A stretch of DNA of 63,906 nucleotides, counting the filler, from Rhabdomonas costata (taxonomy: Eukaryota), in the NCBI GenBank assembly GCA_019059605.1. It is 47 parts of 47 records of this genome, joined end to end, with 100 filler letters (N's around TTAATTAATTAA, not from the genome) between each part and the next. Parts side by side here need not be neighbours in the genome. Positions count along the whole stretch, not along the records: positions 62,646 to 63,906 come from JAHMHO010021514.1; 46 more parts are not named here. The stretch is one strand, 5' to 3'. Position numbers and translations under genes: made by a program. How positions within the stretch are numbered: position 1 is the first letter of the stretch; each line of letters starts with the position of its first letter. Positions 63,584 to 63,906 of this stretch are shown here, one piece after another. The notes under the pieces were generated by a model. It made no database searches, was not told the DNA's origin, and saw only the letters and a program-made list of their open reading frames with translations.

Positions 63584-63906
63584 CTGCGTGCAAGCGAGCA
63601 GGAACGAGAAAACAGAGACAAATATACGGTGGGGAGCAAAAGCCAGCCCCTCAGCACAAGTGATCAGCAAAAGAATTGCAAATGGTACTTAAGCATCCAG
63701 TCATTCCACATGTATAAGTTCGCTGCGATGTTCAGAGCTCAGGCACCAGGAAGCAAGGGAGTACCACCTCGTAAGTGAGCCATCCAGATGATGGGCTTTC
63801 AAGCGCAATACCATGGAGACCCACCATTATCTTTCCAGAGATTCAGCGCCCCTTTGCTTTCGTCCGCATTCTCTTTTCTCTGCGTTCCACCACACACACC
63901 CAACAC

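Noticed and set aside
1-63906. Apparent clustering of glycosylation, surface-protein and transporter genes as a biosynthetic system
   Set aside because: Neighbouring contigs are unlinked, so gene order in this window carries no biological information.

Overview
This window is not a contiguous locus. It is 47 unrelated contigs of about 1.26 kb each, joined by an artificial 100-nt spacer (44 N + TTAATTAATTAA + 44 N). About 35 contigs begin with a G/T-only run and most end with an A/C-only run. Seven carry near-perfect terminal fold-backs. Both patterns point to whole-genome amplification (WGA) with G/T-degenerate primers. The DNA is from an intron-rich flagellate eukaryote, most plausibly a euglenozoan such as a euglenid (inference from a GT48 beta-1,3-glucan synthase, RSPH9, a class III cyclase and CRE-like retrotransposons). 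Real genes appear only as small GT-AG exons, so most ORFs in the supplied track are spurious. Fragments recognised by manual splicing: glucan synthase, DnaJ C-terminal domain, RSPH9, nucleotide cyclase, W2 domain, laminin-EGF surface protein, phytocyanin-like cupredoxin, C2 domain, GT10 fucosyltransferase, LicD/fukutin-like transferase and a PDR-type ABCG transporter. Mobile DNA comprises three decayed RLE-type non-LTR retrotransposon pieces, an element carrying an N6-adenine methyltransferase-like domain, and a MITE. The best lead for something undescribed is a family of three strongly strand-skewed, intron-less segments that share the mini-hairpin motif GAGCGTAGCG in the same polarity. They may be mitochondrial or extrachromosomal DNA. 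All protein identifications are by motif recognition; no database searches were run.
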